Assembly: GCA_934167305.1 (NCBI GenBank)
Contig: CAKPKQ010000004.1
Span: 3,255-67,254 of the forward strand
Source of the DNA: an uncultured Clostridia bacterium
GTDB lineage: Bacteria; Bacillota; Clostridia; TANB77; CAG-508
Direction: 5' to 3'
DNA length: 64,000 nucleotides
Position numbers and translations under genes: made by a program. Positions 39,866 through 49,871 of this stretch are shown one piece after another; the first letter of the stretch is position 1; each line of letters opens with the position of its first letter. Under the pieces are notes generated by a model. That model searched no databases, was not told the DNA's origin, and saw only the letters and a list, made by a program, of their open reading frames with translations.

Positions 39866-42241
39866 TTATTTATTTTTTTTCTTTAGATTAACAACAATTG
39901 CATTTTCATTATCAAATAAGTATTTAGAATCAGATGTGTCTGTTTGAATAGGGTTAAATTCACGGTCTATATCATAATTATCATTATTTGCTGTAACTGC
40001 TGCAAAATCACCTTTTTTTGTTTTTAAAGCTTTTTTAGCAGCTGATTGTGTATCAGTAATTCCACTAACAAATTTGGTAAAATTGTAGTTTTTAGTTTTT
40101 TGTACTTCTTTATATTTTGATTCCATAAAATCAACTTTACCTTTATCAACAGCACTTTTTCCACCTAAGTCTTTTACTTTGTAAATAACTTGTTTTCCTT
40201 TTAAAGACATAATCTTGCCTTTAGCAAAGTTAGGTTGCCACTTAAATTTAATTCCACTCTTTTTTGCATCATATTCCACTTTATCACTATTATAATTGTC
40301 AGTCCAAGACCATTCTCTTTTATCTTGCATTGCTGTTTCCCACCATTCAACATCTTCAGGTGTCGCATTACCGAAAATTATTTTATTAACTGTGTTTGAA
40401 AGAATTAAGTTCTTGTAATAATCACCTCTAGCATCAGCAGATAAATCTCCTTTTAATTGTGTTAAGTTTTGAGAATCTAATACTGTTGCAACATTATATT
40501 TTCTGTATAAAGTATATATTGGTTCAGTAGCTTTACAAATATATGCAGGAAAATCATCTATATATAAGAAGTGAGGAATACGTGTACTGTCATTTCCTGG
40601 TCTAGCAAGTATTGATTGTTGCATTAACAATAAGAAGAATAAACCAAATGCTTTGTGAGCAGTTTCTCCTAAATCACCTCTACGTGTACATACTAAAGTT
40701 ACTTGACCTTCTGATAATATTTTATCATATTCTAGGTTGTTAGAACGATTACATAATACAGATTTTACACCAGGGTAACGTAGTAAGTTATCAATTTCTG
40801 CAGAAGCAGTTGTTGTTGAACGTTGAGCATTTAATAAATTAGGGCTATCTGGGTAAAAGTTATTTTCAAAATATTTAATTAAAATACGATATTTTGAAGC
40901 TAACTCAGGAATTTCTTTCATTTTATCAACTAAATCAACAATTAAACTGAAATCTGTAAGCATATCTAACATATCTTCTAAGTTAGGTAGTAAGCCATCA
41001 TGTTCTAATGGATACATTTCTTTTAACAATATTGCTATATTTTCAATCATTTGAACTGCTTCATTTTCTCTAAAAGCAAGTTCTGTATCTGGTCTACTAT
41101 GAATAAATAATCCTTTTAATACTGAAGATACAGCTAAACCTGTTTTTATAGGATCTTTATAAACAAATGGGTTTAAACCAGGTGAATCTGCACGATTTGG
41201 ATCAACTATATTTACTGGAATATGGTAATTGTTTGCAACTTTTGCAATCTTTTCAACTGATTCATGCTCTGCTGAAATATAAGTAATACCCATATTACGG
41301 TAAATAATTTTGTCTCCAGAACTTGAAATTATCATTTTTTTCATATAGCTTTTATAAGTATCAATTTTTTCCTCTTTAGGAATTAACATATCTAAAGAAA
41401 AATGTTCATTTATATAATCATTATCATATGGGCAACTTAAAGATGCAAGGCCAGTTCTTAATGCTGTATATCCCATTTCTTTTGAAACTTCTTTAAAAAA
41501 TGATTTTCTTTCAATATCTCTTGCAAGCATTGGCTCATAAATCATTGTGGTTTTACCTGAGCCAGAAACACCAACAACTAATAGTGATTCATAACGTTTC
41601 TTTTCTGGAATACATACATCTTGACCACTTTCACTATCCATACAAACTTTAACTTCGCAAGTATATGCTCCATGAGCTTCTTTATCAGATGAAAGCTTAA
41701 TTCCACCATAATCGAAAATAGAATCACGAATATCTTTAACATCATTAATACCAAAAATCAACCATTTTATTACTTTATAGAAGGTAACTAAAGGAATATA
41801 TACCCCTATAGCTGTAAAAGCAGGTTTAAATAAGTAAAAGAACTCTCTTGCTAATTGAGGGTAATTTGGTAATGATAAAAGGTTTATCCATACAATTTGG
41901 TTTAGCCATTGAACAACAGCTGACACAATTAAAATGTAAAATGAAACTATAAATGTATGAAAAAATCTTAATTTATTAACATCTGCTTTTGCAAACTTTG
42001 ATCCTCCTGAAAAGAAAAATGCAAATGTCATACAAGCAAATGCAAAGAAATATTTTATTGGACCCCAATAACTAAAACCTACACCTGTAAAAATTATAAA
42101 CAATAATTCAACAATTCTATCTACTAATATATAAGCAGAAATTAAAGTTAAAATATAGGTTACAAATGTATTTCTGTCAGTTTTTAAAACTTTTAAAAAT
42201 TTATCAAATAGTTTCAAAAAATTCACCACTTTCATTTTCAT
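39866..42241 (-). CDS. Type IV secretion coupling-protein-like (TraD/TraG/VirD4-type) membrane ATPase
   Basis: About 5 N-terminal TMs, Walker A GVSGSGKTT, Walker-B-like HFLYIDDF and the downstream T4CP-like segment VATVLDSQNLTQL. Confidence 0.6.
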   Translation of the reverse strand: MKMKVVNFLKLFDKFLKVLKTDRNTFVTYILTLISAYILVDRIVELLFIIFTGVGFSYWGPIKYFFAFACMTFAFFFSGGSKFAKADVNKLRFFHTFIVSFYILIVSAVVQWLNQIVWINLLSLPNYPQLAREFFYLFKPAFTAIGVYIPLVTFYKVIKWLIFGINDVKDIRDSIFDYGGIKLSSDKEAHGAYTCEVKVCMDSESGQDVCIPEKKRYESLLVVGVSGSGKTTMIYEPMLARDIERKSFFKEVSKEMGYTALRTGLASLSCPYDNDYINEHFSLDMLIPKEEKIDTYKSYMKKMIISSSGDKIIYRNMGITYISAEHESVEKIAKVANNYHIPVNIVDPNRADSPGLNPFVYKDPIKTGLAVSSVLKGLFIHSRPDTELAFRENEAVQMIENIAILLKEMYPLEHDGLLPNLEDMLDMLTDFSLIVDLVDKMKEIPELASKYRILIKYFENNFYPDSPNLLNAQRSTTTASAEIDNLLRYPGVKSVLCNRSNNLEYDKILSEGQVTLVCTRRGDLGETAHKAFGLFFLLLMQQSILARPGNDSTRIPHFLYIDDFPAYICKATEPIYTLYRKYNVATVLDSQNLTQLKGDLSADARGDYYKNLILSNTVNKIIFGNATPEDVEWWETAMQDKREWSWTDNYNSDKVEYDAKKSGIKFKWQPNFAKGKIMSLKGKQVIYKVKDLGGKSAVDKGKVDFMESKYKEVQKTKNYNFTKFVSGITDTQSAAKKALKTKKGDFAAVTANNDNYDIDREFNPIQTDTSDSKYLFDNENAIVVNLKKKNK

Positions 42242-42400
42242 ATCTATACTACTATATTATCTTATAAAATCGCGAAAAATACAAGGCTTTTTGCGAAAAA
42301 TGTAGAAAAAATAGCTCTTAAATCCTCTTATATAAAAGTGTAATAATCATACTTTTTAAAGTATATGTATATAAAAAGAAAAATATAGAGGAAAATTTAA

Positions 42401-44035
42401 ATGAAAGCAAAAAAAGAAAGTTTTATGAAAGGTGTTTTGGTTTTGATGATAGCACAGATTTTAATCAAAGCACTAGGACTCATTTATAAATTATATTTAA
42501 CAAATAGAGAAGGATTTGGAGATAAAGGAAATGCTATTTATAGTAGTGGATTTCAAATATATGCTTTATTTTTAACAATTTCATCAGTTGGAATTCCAGG
42601 AGCATTAGCTAAATTAGTTTCCGAAAAAGTTGCAATAGGAGACACAAAAGGTGCACATAGAATATTTAAAATTGCTTTTGTTACTTTTGGATTGATAGGC
42701 TTTTGCAGTAGTGCAATATTGTTTTTAGGGGCAAAATATATTTCTAATACCTTATTGCAAATACCAGAAGCAGAGCTAACATTAGTAGCTTTGTCACCAT
42801 CCATATTTTTTGTATCAATATCTTGTGTAATAAAAGGGTATTTTATGGGAAGGGAAAACCTAAAAGTTACTGCAAATTCTCACACTTTGGAACAATTTTT
42901 TAAAACAGTATTGTCTGTTATAATAGTAGAATTTATAGCGATGACGACAGGAGTAGATACATCTGTTATGGCAGCGGGAGCAAACTTAGCCACTACATTA
43001 TCTACAATTTTATGTTTTATATATTTATATAAATATTATTCTAAAATGAGAAAAGAAATTGCATGGGAACTTAAAAGGGGGAAGGAATATAAAAAAACAA
43101 GGATAATTAAAACTATAAAACAAATATTGTTTGTTTCAATACCAATGTCAATGACAGCAATATTGGGAACAATAAATAAAAATATTGATTCAATGACAGT
43201 GGTAAGAGGGCTAAAAAGATTTTTATCAGAAGAACAGGCCAAAATACAATATGGAATTTTAAGTGGAAAAGTAGATACATTAGTTACACTGCCAATGTCA
43301 CTAAATATGGCCTTTGCAACTGCTTTGGTTCCATCTATATCTTCTTCAAAAGCAATTGGAGATATGGAAACCGCAAGAAAAAGAATTTCATTTTCAATGC
43401 TTATAACTATTTTAATAGGAATGCCATGTATGATAATGATGATATTGTTTGCAAAGCAGATTTTAGAGCTATTATTTCCAAATGCAACATCAGGAGCTTT
43501 TATTTATCAAATAAGTTGTTTAAGTATAATTTTTATTGTTTTGGAACAAACTATAAGTGGTGCTTTACATGGATTGGGAAAGATGGTAACTCCAGCAATT
43601 GCACTTGGAATAGGGGTTATAGTTAAATTTATTTTAAATTTATATTTAATACCAATAAATCCAAGTGAATTTATAATAGGTGGAACTGCAGGAGCAGCTT
43701 TTTCAACAGTGGTATGTCATGCAATTGCTTTATTCATTGAATTTAAAATTTTAAACAAAAATATAAATCTTAAATTAAATAAAACAAAATTTGTATTAAA
43801 ACCTTTTATTGCAAGTTTGGTTATGGCAGTTTCCTCATATGTGATGTACATATTAATTATAAATAAAATTCAAAATAAGTTGGCAACATTATTTTCAATT
43901 GGTTTAGGAATGCTTATATATGTAATATTTGTCATATTATTAAAAATTTTTTCAAAAGAAGAAATTTTTATGATTCCATTTGGAAAAAAAGTTTATTATT
44001 TTTTAGAGAACTTGAAACTGTACAGAAACGGCTGA
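42401..44035 (+). CDS. MOP-superfamily flippase (MurJ/SpoVB-type polysaccharide/lipid II flippase)
   Basis: 14-TM protein of 544 aa. The N-terminus KGVLVLMIAQILIKALGLIYKLYL is typical of SpoVB/MurJ-like proteins. Confidence 0.75.
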   Translation: MKAKKESFMKGVLVLMIAQILIKALGLIYKLYLTNREGFGDKGNAIYSSGFQIYALFLTISSVGIPGALAKLVSEKVAIGDTKGAHRIFKIAFVTFGLIGFCSSAILFLGAKYISNTLLQIPEAELTLVALSPSIFFVSISCVIKGYFMGRENLKVTANSHTLEQFFKTVLSVIIVEFIAMTTGVDTSVMAAGANLATTLSTILCFIYLYKYYSKMRKEIAWELKRGKEYKKTRIIKTIKQILFVSIPMSMTAILGTINKNIDSMTVVRGLKRFLSEEQAKIQYGILSGKVDTLVTLPMSLNMAFATALVPSISSSKAIGDMETARKRISFSMLITILIGMPCMIMMILFAKQILELLFPNATSGAFIYQISCLSIIFIVLEQTISGALHGLGKMVTPAIALGIGVIVKFILNLYLIPINPSEFIIGGTAGAAFSTVVCHAIALFIEFKILNKNINLKLNKTKFVLKPFIASLVMAVSSYVMYILIINKIQNKLATLFSIGLGMLIYVIFVILLKIFSKEEIFMIPFGKKVYYFLENLKLYRNG

Positions 44036-44210
44036 AACAGTATTGAAATAGGCATGTACAGGACCACAAAAACTTGAAAACGTTGACATGTGCAAGTTTT
44101 AAAATAAAATTTTAAATAAAAAAAGAAGGATTTTCAAAAAAAATGACGAATAATGTTAGTAGTAGATAATAAGTCTACGGATTTTAAAATCTTATAGGAG
44201 GTAATTTAAA

Positions 44211-44489
44211 ATGAACAAATCAGAATTAATCGCAGCTATGGCAGCAAAAACAGGAGAAACAAAGAAAGATGCTGAGGCAGCTTTAAACGCATTCGTTGGC
44301 GTTGTAACAGATGCATTAGTAAAAGGAGATAAAGTTCAATTAGTTGGATTTGGTTCTTTTGAAGTAAGAAAAAGAGCTGCTAGAAAAGGTAGAAACCCAC
44401 AAACTAAAGAAGAAATCAAAATACCAGCATCTAAAGCACCTGTATTCAAAGCAGGAAAAGCTTTAAAAGAATTAGTAAACAAAAAATAA
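44211..44489 (+). CDS. hup: DNA-binding protein HU
   Basis: [11 protein letters not shown]...[20 protein letters not shown] is canonical HU. Confidence 0.97.
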   Translation: MNKSELIAAMAAKTGETKKDAEAALNAFVGVVTDALVKGDKVQLVGFGSFEVRKRAARKGRNPQTKEEIKIPASKAPVFKAGKALKELVNKK

Positions 44490-44526
44490 TTTGAAATTTA
44501 TATAAATTATATGAATTCATATCAAA

Positions 44527-44557
44527 AGGTGTAGAGTAGGTCTACATCTTTTTTTTG
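44527..44557 (+). terminator. rho-independent terminator of hup
   Basis: Short TGTAGA/TCTACA stem followed by T8. Confidence 0.7.
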
Positions 44558-44661
44558 AATTGATATAAAAAAATTACAGAAATTTCCTTATTTTTTTTCA
44601 AAAAAGTGTTCTAAACGGATTGTTATTGTGATATAATGCAAAAAAAATAAGGAGGAAACAG

Positions 44662-45861
44662 ATGTATAGAAACACTTATGCACAAATTGATGTTGGAAAC
44701 ATACAAAATAATGTTAAAACAATTGTTAGAAAATATCCTGAATATGACTATTACTTTGCGGTTGTAAAAGGAAACGCATATGGACATAGTGATAAAATTT
44801 GTAAGTATTTAATAGAATGTGGAATAAATTATTTTGCTATTTCATCTTTAGAAGAAGCAATTAGCTTAAGAAGGCAAAAAATCAATACTCCTATATTATT
44901 CTTAGAACCAATAGACTTAAGGTATATAGATAAATGTATTGAAAATAATGTTACAATAACGGTTCATGATTATGAATATTTTAAAAGACTACAACAAATA
45001 GATATAAAAAAGCCTTTAAAAGTTCATATAAAAATTGATAGCGGGCTTTGCAGACTTGGATTAAATGATAAAATGCAAGTAAAAGAAGTTGTACAAGAAT
45101 TAAGAAAAAAGCCGAATGTTGAAGTAGAGGGAATATTTACTCATTTTGCAACAGATGGGGTATATGATATTTCATGGGACAATCAATATGCAAAATTTCA
45201 AGAACTTACATCAGAAATTGATTTAATGCAGATTCCTATTGTGCATTTAGGAAGGAGTCAAACTTTACTTAATCACAATAAAATACCATTTGCTAATGGA
45301 ATTAGACTTGGAATTATAATATATGGATATAATACTACACCAAAGCCATTACCAGATGGTTTTATAAACGAATTAAAAAGAATAAAAAGAGAATGGTACA
45401 AAAAAAGACACCATATTAGCAAAACTATAACAGATACGGAAATTAATTTAAAAACTGCATTTTCTTTATATAGTGAAGTAGTACAAGTTAAGCAAATTGA
45501 AAAAGGAAGTTTTGTTGGTTATGGCAGAATCTATGAGGCCCCAGAAGATATGTATGTTGCTGTTATTCCAATAGGCTATGCAGATGGATTTAGTACAAAA
45601 AATAAAGGAAGAGAAGTTGCTATAAATGGAAAAAGATATCCTTTAGTTGGAGTAGTAAACATGGGAATGATAATTGCAAAAGTTGACGAAACTGTCCACA
45701 ATGGGGATAAAGTCACCTTAATAGGTGATGAAATTCCAATGAGAGAGGTTGCTAAATATATGGGAACCAGTGTATATGAAGGTTCATGTATGATAAATGA
45801 TTGGATACCAAGAGTTCTAGTAAAAGATGGAGAAATAGTAGAAATAGATGAAAGAAAATAG
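44662..45861 (+). CDS. alr: Alanine racemase (with an internal insertion of about 40 aa)
   Basis: PLP-lysine motif AVVKGNAYGHS, plus GYADG and NMGMI segments. Confidence 0.88.
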   Translation: MYRNTYAQIDVGNIQNNVKTIVRKYPEYDYYFAVVKGNAYGHSDKICKYLIECGINYFAISSLEEAISLRRQKINTPILFLEPIDLRYIDKCIENNVTITVHDYEYFKRLQQIDIKKPLKVHIKIDSGLCRLGLNDKMQVKEVVQELRKKPNVEVEGIFTHFATDGVYDISWDNQYAKFQELTSEIDLMQIPIVHLGRSQTLLNHNKIPFANGIRLGIIIYGYNTTPKPLPDGFINELKRIKREWYKKRHHISKTITDTEINLKTAFSLYSEVVQVKQIEKGSFVGYGRIYEAPEDMYVAVIPIGYADGFSTKNKGREVAINGKRYPLVGVVNMGMIIAKVDETVHNGDKVTLIGDEIPMREVAKYMGTSVYEGSCMINDWIPRVLVKDGEIVEIDERK

Positions 45862-45872
45862 GAGGAATATAT

Positions 45873-47096
45873 ATGAATTTTGATGTTCTTATTTTGGGAA
45901 GTGACTTTAATGCATATTTTATGTCAAGATGTTATCATGAATTATTTAATAAAAAAGTAGATGTAATAAGCAAGAGAGCTATAGGAGTTGTATCATATAG
46001 TACAATAGTTAATTTTAAAGAGGTTCCAAACTTTGAAAATGCAGAGGTATTTGTAAAGACGCTAAATGAATATGCTGAGCAAAGTGATAAAGAAAAAATA
46101 GTTCTTGTCGGAACAAGTGATGAATTGGTAAGATTAATAATTGAAAATCAAGGAAAATTAAATAGCAAATATGTACATAATTATCCAAGTCTAGAAATAT
46201 TAAATAAAATTCTGGTCAAAGATACATTTTATCAAACTTTTGATAATTGTGAATTTGATATTCCAAAAACATATATATATCCTTGTAATTCAAATCAAAC
46301 GATTGATGAAGAAAAAGTTGCTAAACTTATGTATCCTTTAATAGTAAAACCAGGAAACAATATTGAATATCATAACCACAAATTCGAAGGAATGTTCAAA
46401 GTATTTAAAGTGCATTCAAGAGAAGAATTGCAAGATGTAATAAAGAAGATAGAAAACTCAGGTTATAATAAAAACTTAGTTATTCAAGAATTTATTCCAG
46501 GTGATGACTGCGCATTATTTGATTGTCAATTTTATTGTAGCAAAGATAAAAAGGTACAACTAATGGCATTTGCACAAATTGGACTACAAGAAAGAAATCC
46601 AGGTGGAATAGGAAACTGTACATTATTAGTAAATGGATTTAACGAACATGGTTATGACGAAAAAATAGTAGAGCCATTAAAGAAATTCATGGAGAGAATA
46701 GGGTACCAAGGTTTTGCTGAGGTTGACCTAAAATATGATAACAGAGATGGAAAATATAAAGTTCTAGAAATAAATCCAAGGCAAGCTAGATGTAGCTATT
46801 ATCTTGCAGCAGGTGGACACAACCTAATACAGTATTTAGTAGATGACTTAATATATCATAAAGAAAAAGAATTTACATTAATGAAGAATGAAGTAGCATT
46901 AAGCTTTGTACCAAAAAGTGTTGTAAAAAAATATGTGACAAGTGAACCGCTTAGAAATGAAGCACTAAAACTAGCAAAAGAAGGAAAAATGGTAAATCCA
47001 CTAAAATACAAAGCAGATAAAAGCTTAAAAAGAAGAATATACCTAATAATGAAAGACATAAGCTATAAAAGAAAATATAAAAAATTAACTTGGTAA
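45873..47096 (+). CDS. ATP-grasp superfamily ligase (COG3919-like)
   Basis: Central ATP-grasp segments (YPLIVKPG, VIQEFIPGDD, EINPR); 11 nt downstream of alr. Confidence 0.7.
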   Translation: MNFDVLILGSDFNAYFMSRCYHELFNKKVDVISKRAIGVVSYSTIVNFKEVPNFENAEVFVKTLNEYAEQSDKEKIVLVGTSDELVRLIIENQGKLNSKYVHNYPSLEILNKILVKDTFYQTFDNCEFDIPKTYIYPCNSNQTIDEEKVAKLMYPLIVKPGNNIEYHNHKFEGMFKVFKVHSREELQDVIKKIENSGYNKNLVIQEFIPGDDCALFDCQFYCSKDKKVQLMAFAQIGLQERNPGGIGNCTLLVNGFNEHGYDEKIVEPLKKFMERIGYQGFAEVDLKYDNRDGKYKVLEINPRQARCSYYLAAGGHNLIQYLVDDLIYHKEKEFTLMKNEVALSFVPKSVVKKYVTSEPLRNEALKLAKEGKMVNPLKYKADKSLKRRIYLIMKDISYKRKYKKLTW

Positions 47097-47140
47097 AAAA
47101 ACAAGCCAACAGAATTTTACATTCTGTTGGCTTGCTTTGA
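47095..47140. terminator. Bidirectional terminator between convergent genes
   Basis: Perfect 14-bp stem CAAGCCAACAGAAT / ATTCTGTTGGCTTG with a flanking A-run and T-rich tail. Confidence 0.85.
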
Positions 47141-47166
47141 CAGTAAGAGGCTGACAATACGGCAAA

Positions 47167-48087
47167 TTAGTCCAATCCTCTTTGTTGTTGTAACTCCAAT
47201 TCTTGTTTTTCCATTTCATTCTCTGTTTCATCAATCAATGGTGTATCTGACATTTCTTCTAATACTTGCCTTCCTAAAGTGGCTGTACCAACTTGTTGAT
47301 CAGGAGGTAAAAATGTAGGCATATCTACAGCATTAGGTATTTCAATTTCTTGTTCGCCTACTAATTTTCTCATTTCTGCTAAATTTTGTGGTATAACTCC
47401 AAATTCATTTTTCATTACTTCTCTTGCAATTTGAATTAAGCTAATTACAGAAGACTCTTTTCCCATCAATGATTCTAACATATATTCTCTATAAGCATTA
47501 CTAAATTGTGGATTAGAATGTAAATATTCTGATAATTTCTTTGACTGTCCTGACATTATACCCAATTCCATTTCTAACATGGTATTAAATGAGGTTATAT
47601 TTGCATTAAAACATTCTTTTACATCAAAATCTTTATTAACTTCAAAAAAGTCTGTATCTATAATTCTTATCCTACTATTTTTTTCATCCCACATTATTCC
47701 TCCTTGATTTAAATCCTGAAAGAATACTTTATCTTGTGCAAGACTTCTAATATCTTGTTCTGCTTGTTTTATTGCATTTATTAATGTATCTAAATCAATT
47801 TCTTCTACTTTTTCTTGTAACTGCTGTCCATCAACATATTCCATTGTATATCCTTGAAATTTTCCATCAATTTCAACTCTATTTTGTGGAAATGCACAAA
47901 TATCATTATTAATTTTTAGTAATTGCGCAAATTGTTCTTCGTTGTGAAGTTGCATACCATTTTCATTTAATGCTTTAATAACTTGATTATCTCCATATTT
48001 ATATACAACTGAACAGGCACCTCTTCCTAGTACCTGCATTTTATTTAATATTTCTGAATTTATTTTGATTATTTCATTTTTAGCCAT
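47167..48087 (-). CDS. Atypical protein-kinase-like protein
   Basis: Gly-loop GRGACSVVY, VIKAL lysine, a divergent catalytic segment FFQDLNQGGIMW and IIDTDFF in place of DFG. The ATG at 48087 follows an AAGGGA RBS. Confidence 0.55.
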   Translation of the reverse strand: MAKNEIIKINSEILNKMQVLGRGACSVVYKYGDNQVIKALNENGMQLHNEEQFAQLLKINNDICAFPQNRVEIDGKFQGYTMEYVDGQQLQEKVEEIDLDTLINAIKQAEQDIRSLAQDKVFFQDLNQGGIMWDEKNSRIRIIDTDFFEVNKDFDVKECFNANITSFNTMLEMELGIMSGQSKKLSEYLHSNPQFSNAYREYMLESLMGKESSVISLIQIAREVMKNEFGVIPQNLAEMRKLVGEQEIEIPNAVDMPTFLPPDQQVGTATLGRQVLEEMSDTPLIDETENEMEKQELELQQQRGLD

Positions 48088-48128
48088 AAACAATCCCTTC
48101 ATTTGTTTTTAATAGTATAAATATTATT

Positions 48129-48572
48129 TTATTTAAAAAAATTTTTAATCTTATTAAAGATTCTTGTAATAAAATTTTCTTTATAAACTACCACTTCAGT
48201 AACTTCTTTTTTTACTTCTGTTTCGCTACAAGCATTTCGCTTTTTAAATATATTTTCAATACCATATAAGGACTTTTTTTGTTCTTCTAAAATTAATCTA
48301 TCATTTTTTTGCTTTCTGATAATTTTATCCCTTTGTACTTCTGTTGCCCAATAATCTCTAAATAATATTCCTATTATTGCTTTTGCTCTTTTAGAAACAT
48401 TTTGCTCATCTAATGTCTTGTTAGGATTGTATGTAAATTTATATTCTTTATTTGAATTTAGCTTAAATAGTTCTATCTTGCTTGCAGGAATTTTATTATA
48501 ATCTTCTTTAGAAATAAACTTTAATATCTCTAAAACTTCACTATAAGCATTTGCATATTCTACACTAACCAT
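48129..48572 (-). CDS. Hypothetical 147-aa protein
   Basis: Coding-like ORF in a tight operon with its neighbours. No motif recognised. Confidence 0.5.
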   Translation of the reverse strand: MVSVEYANAYSEVLEILKFISKEDYNKIPASKIELFKLNSNKEYKFTYNPNKTLDEQNVSKRAKAIIGILFRDYWATEVQRDKIIRKQKNDRLILEEQKKSLYGIENIFKKRNACSETEVKKEVTEVVVYKENFITRIFNKIKNFFK

Positions 48573-48592
48573 TTTTTCCTCTTTTCATAGTG

Positions 48593-49519
48593 TTATTTTA
48601 ATATAAGGAATAAAATAGCACTAATAACTAATTGTACGAGTAAAATTATTCTAGTAACTTTATATATTTTTTCAATTGTCATTCTTCTTTTTTCAGCATC
48701 CCAGTATTTTCCGAAATGTACCTCTGAATGTTCTATATAATCATCAACATCATCTGTATAGTTTCCTTTATTTGCTGAATAATTGTATCCTACATATTTG
48801 GTATCTGGTAATAGGGGTCTATAAACTGATAAAATATACCAATATGAAAATATATTTCCTAATAAAATTGCAATAAACCATTGTCCAAATACTAAAACAT
48901 ATTTATTGTTTAAATACTCTGCTAATACAGGAGATATTTTACCTGCATTGATTTTTAAAATAACATATAAAACATATGATAAAATAATTCCTACAGATAT
49001 TGTAAAACATTGTGTTCTTATTTTTCTATGTTTCATAGTTTTATTATATCTATCTTCATTATCTTCTAAAATATTCATTACTTCTGAATATAAATTATGT
49101 GCTTCGTTTTCTTGATTTGTAGTATTTACATCTATGGTAACATCAAATTCTCTAAAGTATAATGATACATTAATTTTATTATATATGTCATTAATAGTAT
49201 TATTTTGATTTTTGGTATAAAAACTAATATACAAATCTATAGATATGCTTTTTATTGCACCTGGTTGAGTTAGAATCCCAATAAACCAGTTATAATTGCT
49301 TTCTGTTATATTTTTACCGCTTTTAAATTCTACTGTATATTTTATTGCTGTATTTCCATTTCCATATTCCCATTGTTTTTCGCCATATGGAATATTCTGG
49401 TTTTTGTTTTCTTCTAATTCAAATTTTCTATCGTATTTTTCTTTGTAATCTTCTAGATGATTAGCAACTTTTATTATTGTTTCTAATGGTATTTGCTTAT
49501 TTACTATTTTATTATTCAT
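48593..49519 (-). CDS. Hypothetical membrane protein (about 165-aa N-terminal soluble domain + 3 TM)
   Basis: Three hydrophobic helices in the C-terminal half. First gene of the three-gene operon. Confidence 0.5.
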   Translation of the reverse strand: MNNKIVNKQIPLETIIKVANHLEDYKEKYDRKFELEENKNQNIPYGEKQWEYGNGNTAIKYTVEFKSGKNITESNYNWFIGILTQPGAIKSISIDLYISFYTKNQNNTINDIYNKINVSLYFREFDVTIDVNTTNQENEAHNLYSEVMNILEDNEDRYNKTMKHRKIRTQCFTISVGIILSYVLYVILKINAGKISPVLAEYLNNKYVLVFGQWFIAILLGNIFSYWYILSVYRPLLPDTKYVGYNYSANKGNYTDDVDDYIEHSEVHFGKYWDAEKRRMTIEKIYKVTRIILLVQLVISAILFLILK

Positions 49520-49704
49520 AAAGATCTCCTTTTCATAAGTTTATTATTCTACATTTTTTATAACATTACTACTCGAAAAAGTCAATTGCGATATGCTAAA
49601 CTTTATACATACTTTATGGTTTTATTTGCTATACTAATTTTATAAGATAGGGAAGAATACTTTGATAGAAACAACAAGATAAAATATAAAATTTTTAAAA
49701 ATAT

Positions 49705-49733
49705 TTGACGTATATTAAGATTGACACTATAAT
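49705..49733 (+). promoter_or_regulatory. Sigma-A-type promoter candidate
   Basis: TTGACG, 17-nt spacer, TATAAT. Confidence 0.5.
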
Positions 49734-49871
49734 AATTATAGTTTTAAGCAAAGAGAGTACGTAAGGACGGACGCTTGTACATAGATGAGCTGTTTATACA
49801 AAGAAGCACTAAAAGTTGGATGTTGAAAAATTAATTTCTGAAAGTAATTGAAGGAGGCTTTACTAACTAGT

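Noticed and set aside
49734-49871. Possible riboswitch in the 5' leader of about 130 nt before the DUF3592-like gene (G+C-rich GGACGGACGC with ACGR-like motifs reminiscent of mini-ykkC)
   Set aside because: I could not build the two ACGR-capped hairpins or any other known riboswitch fold by eye. The gene class is not a known riboswitch target.
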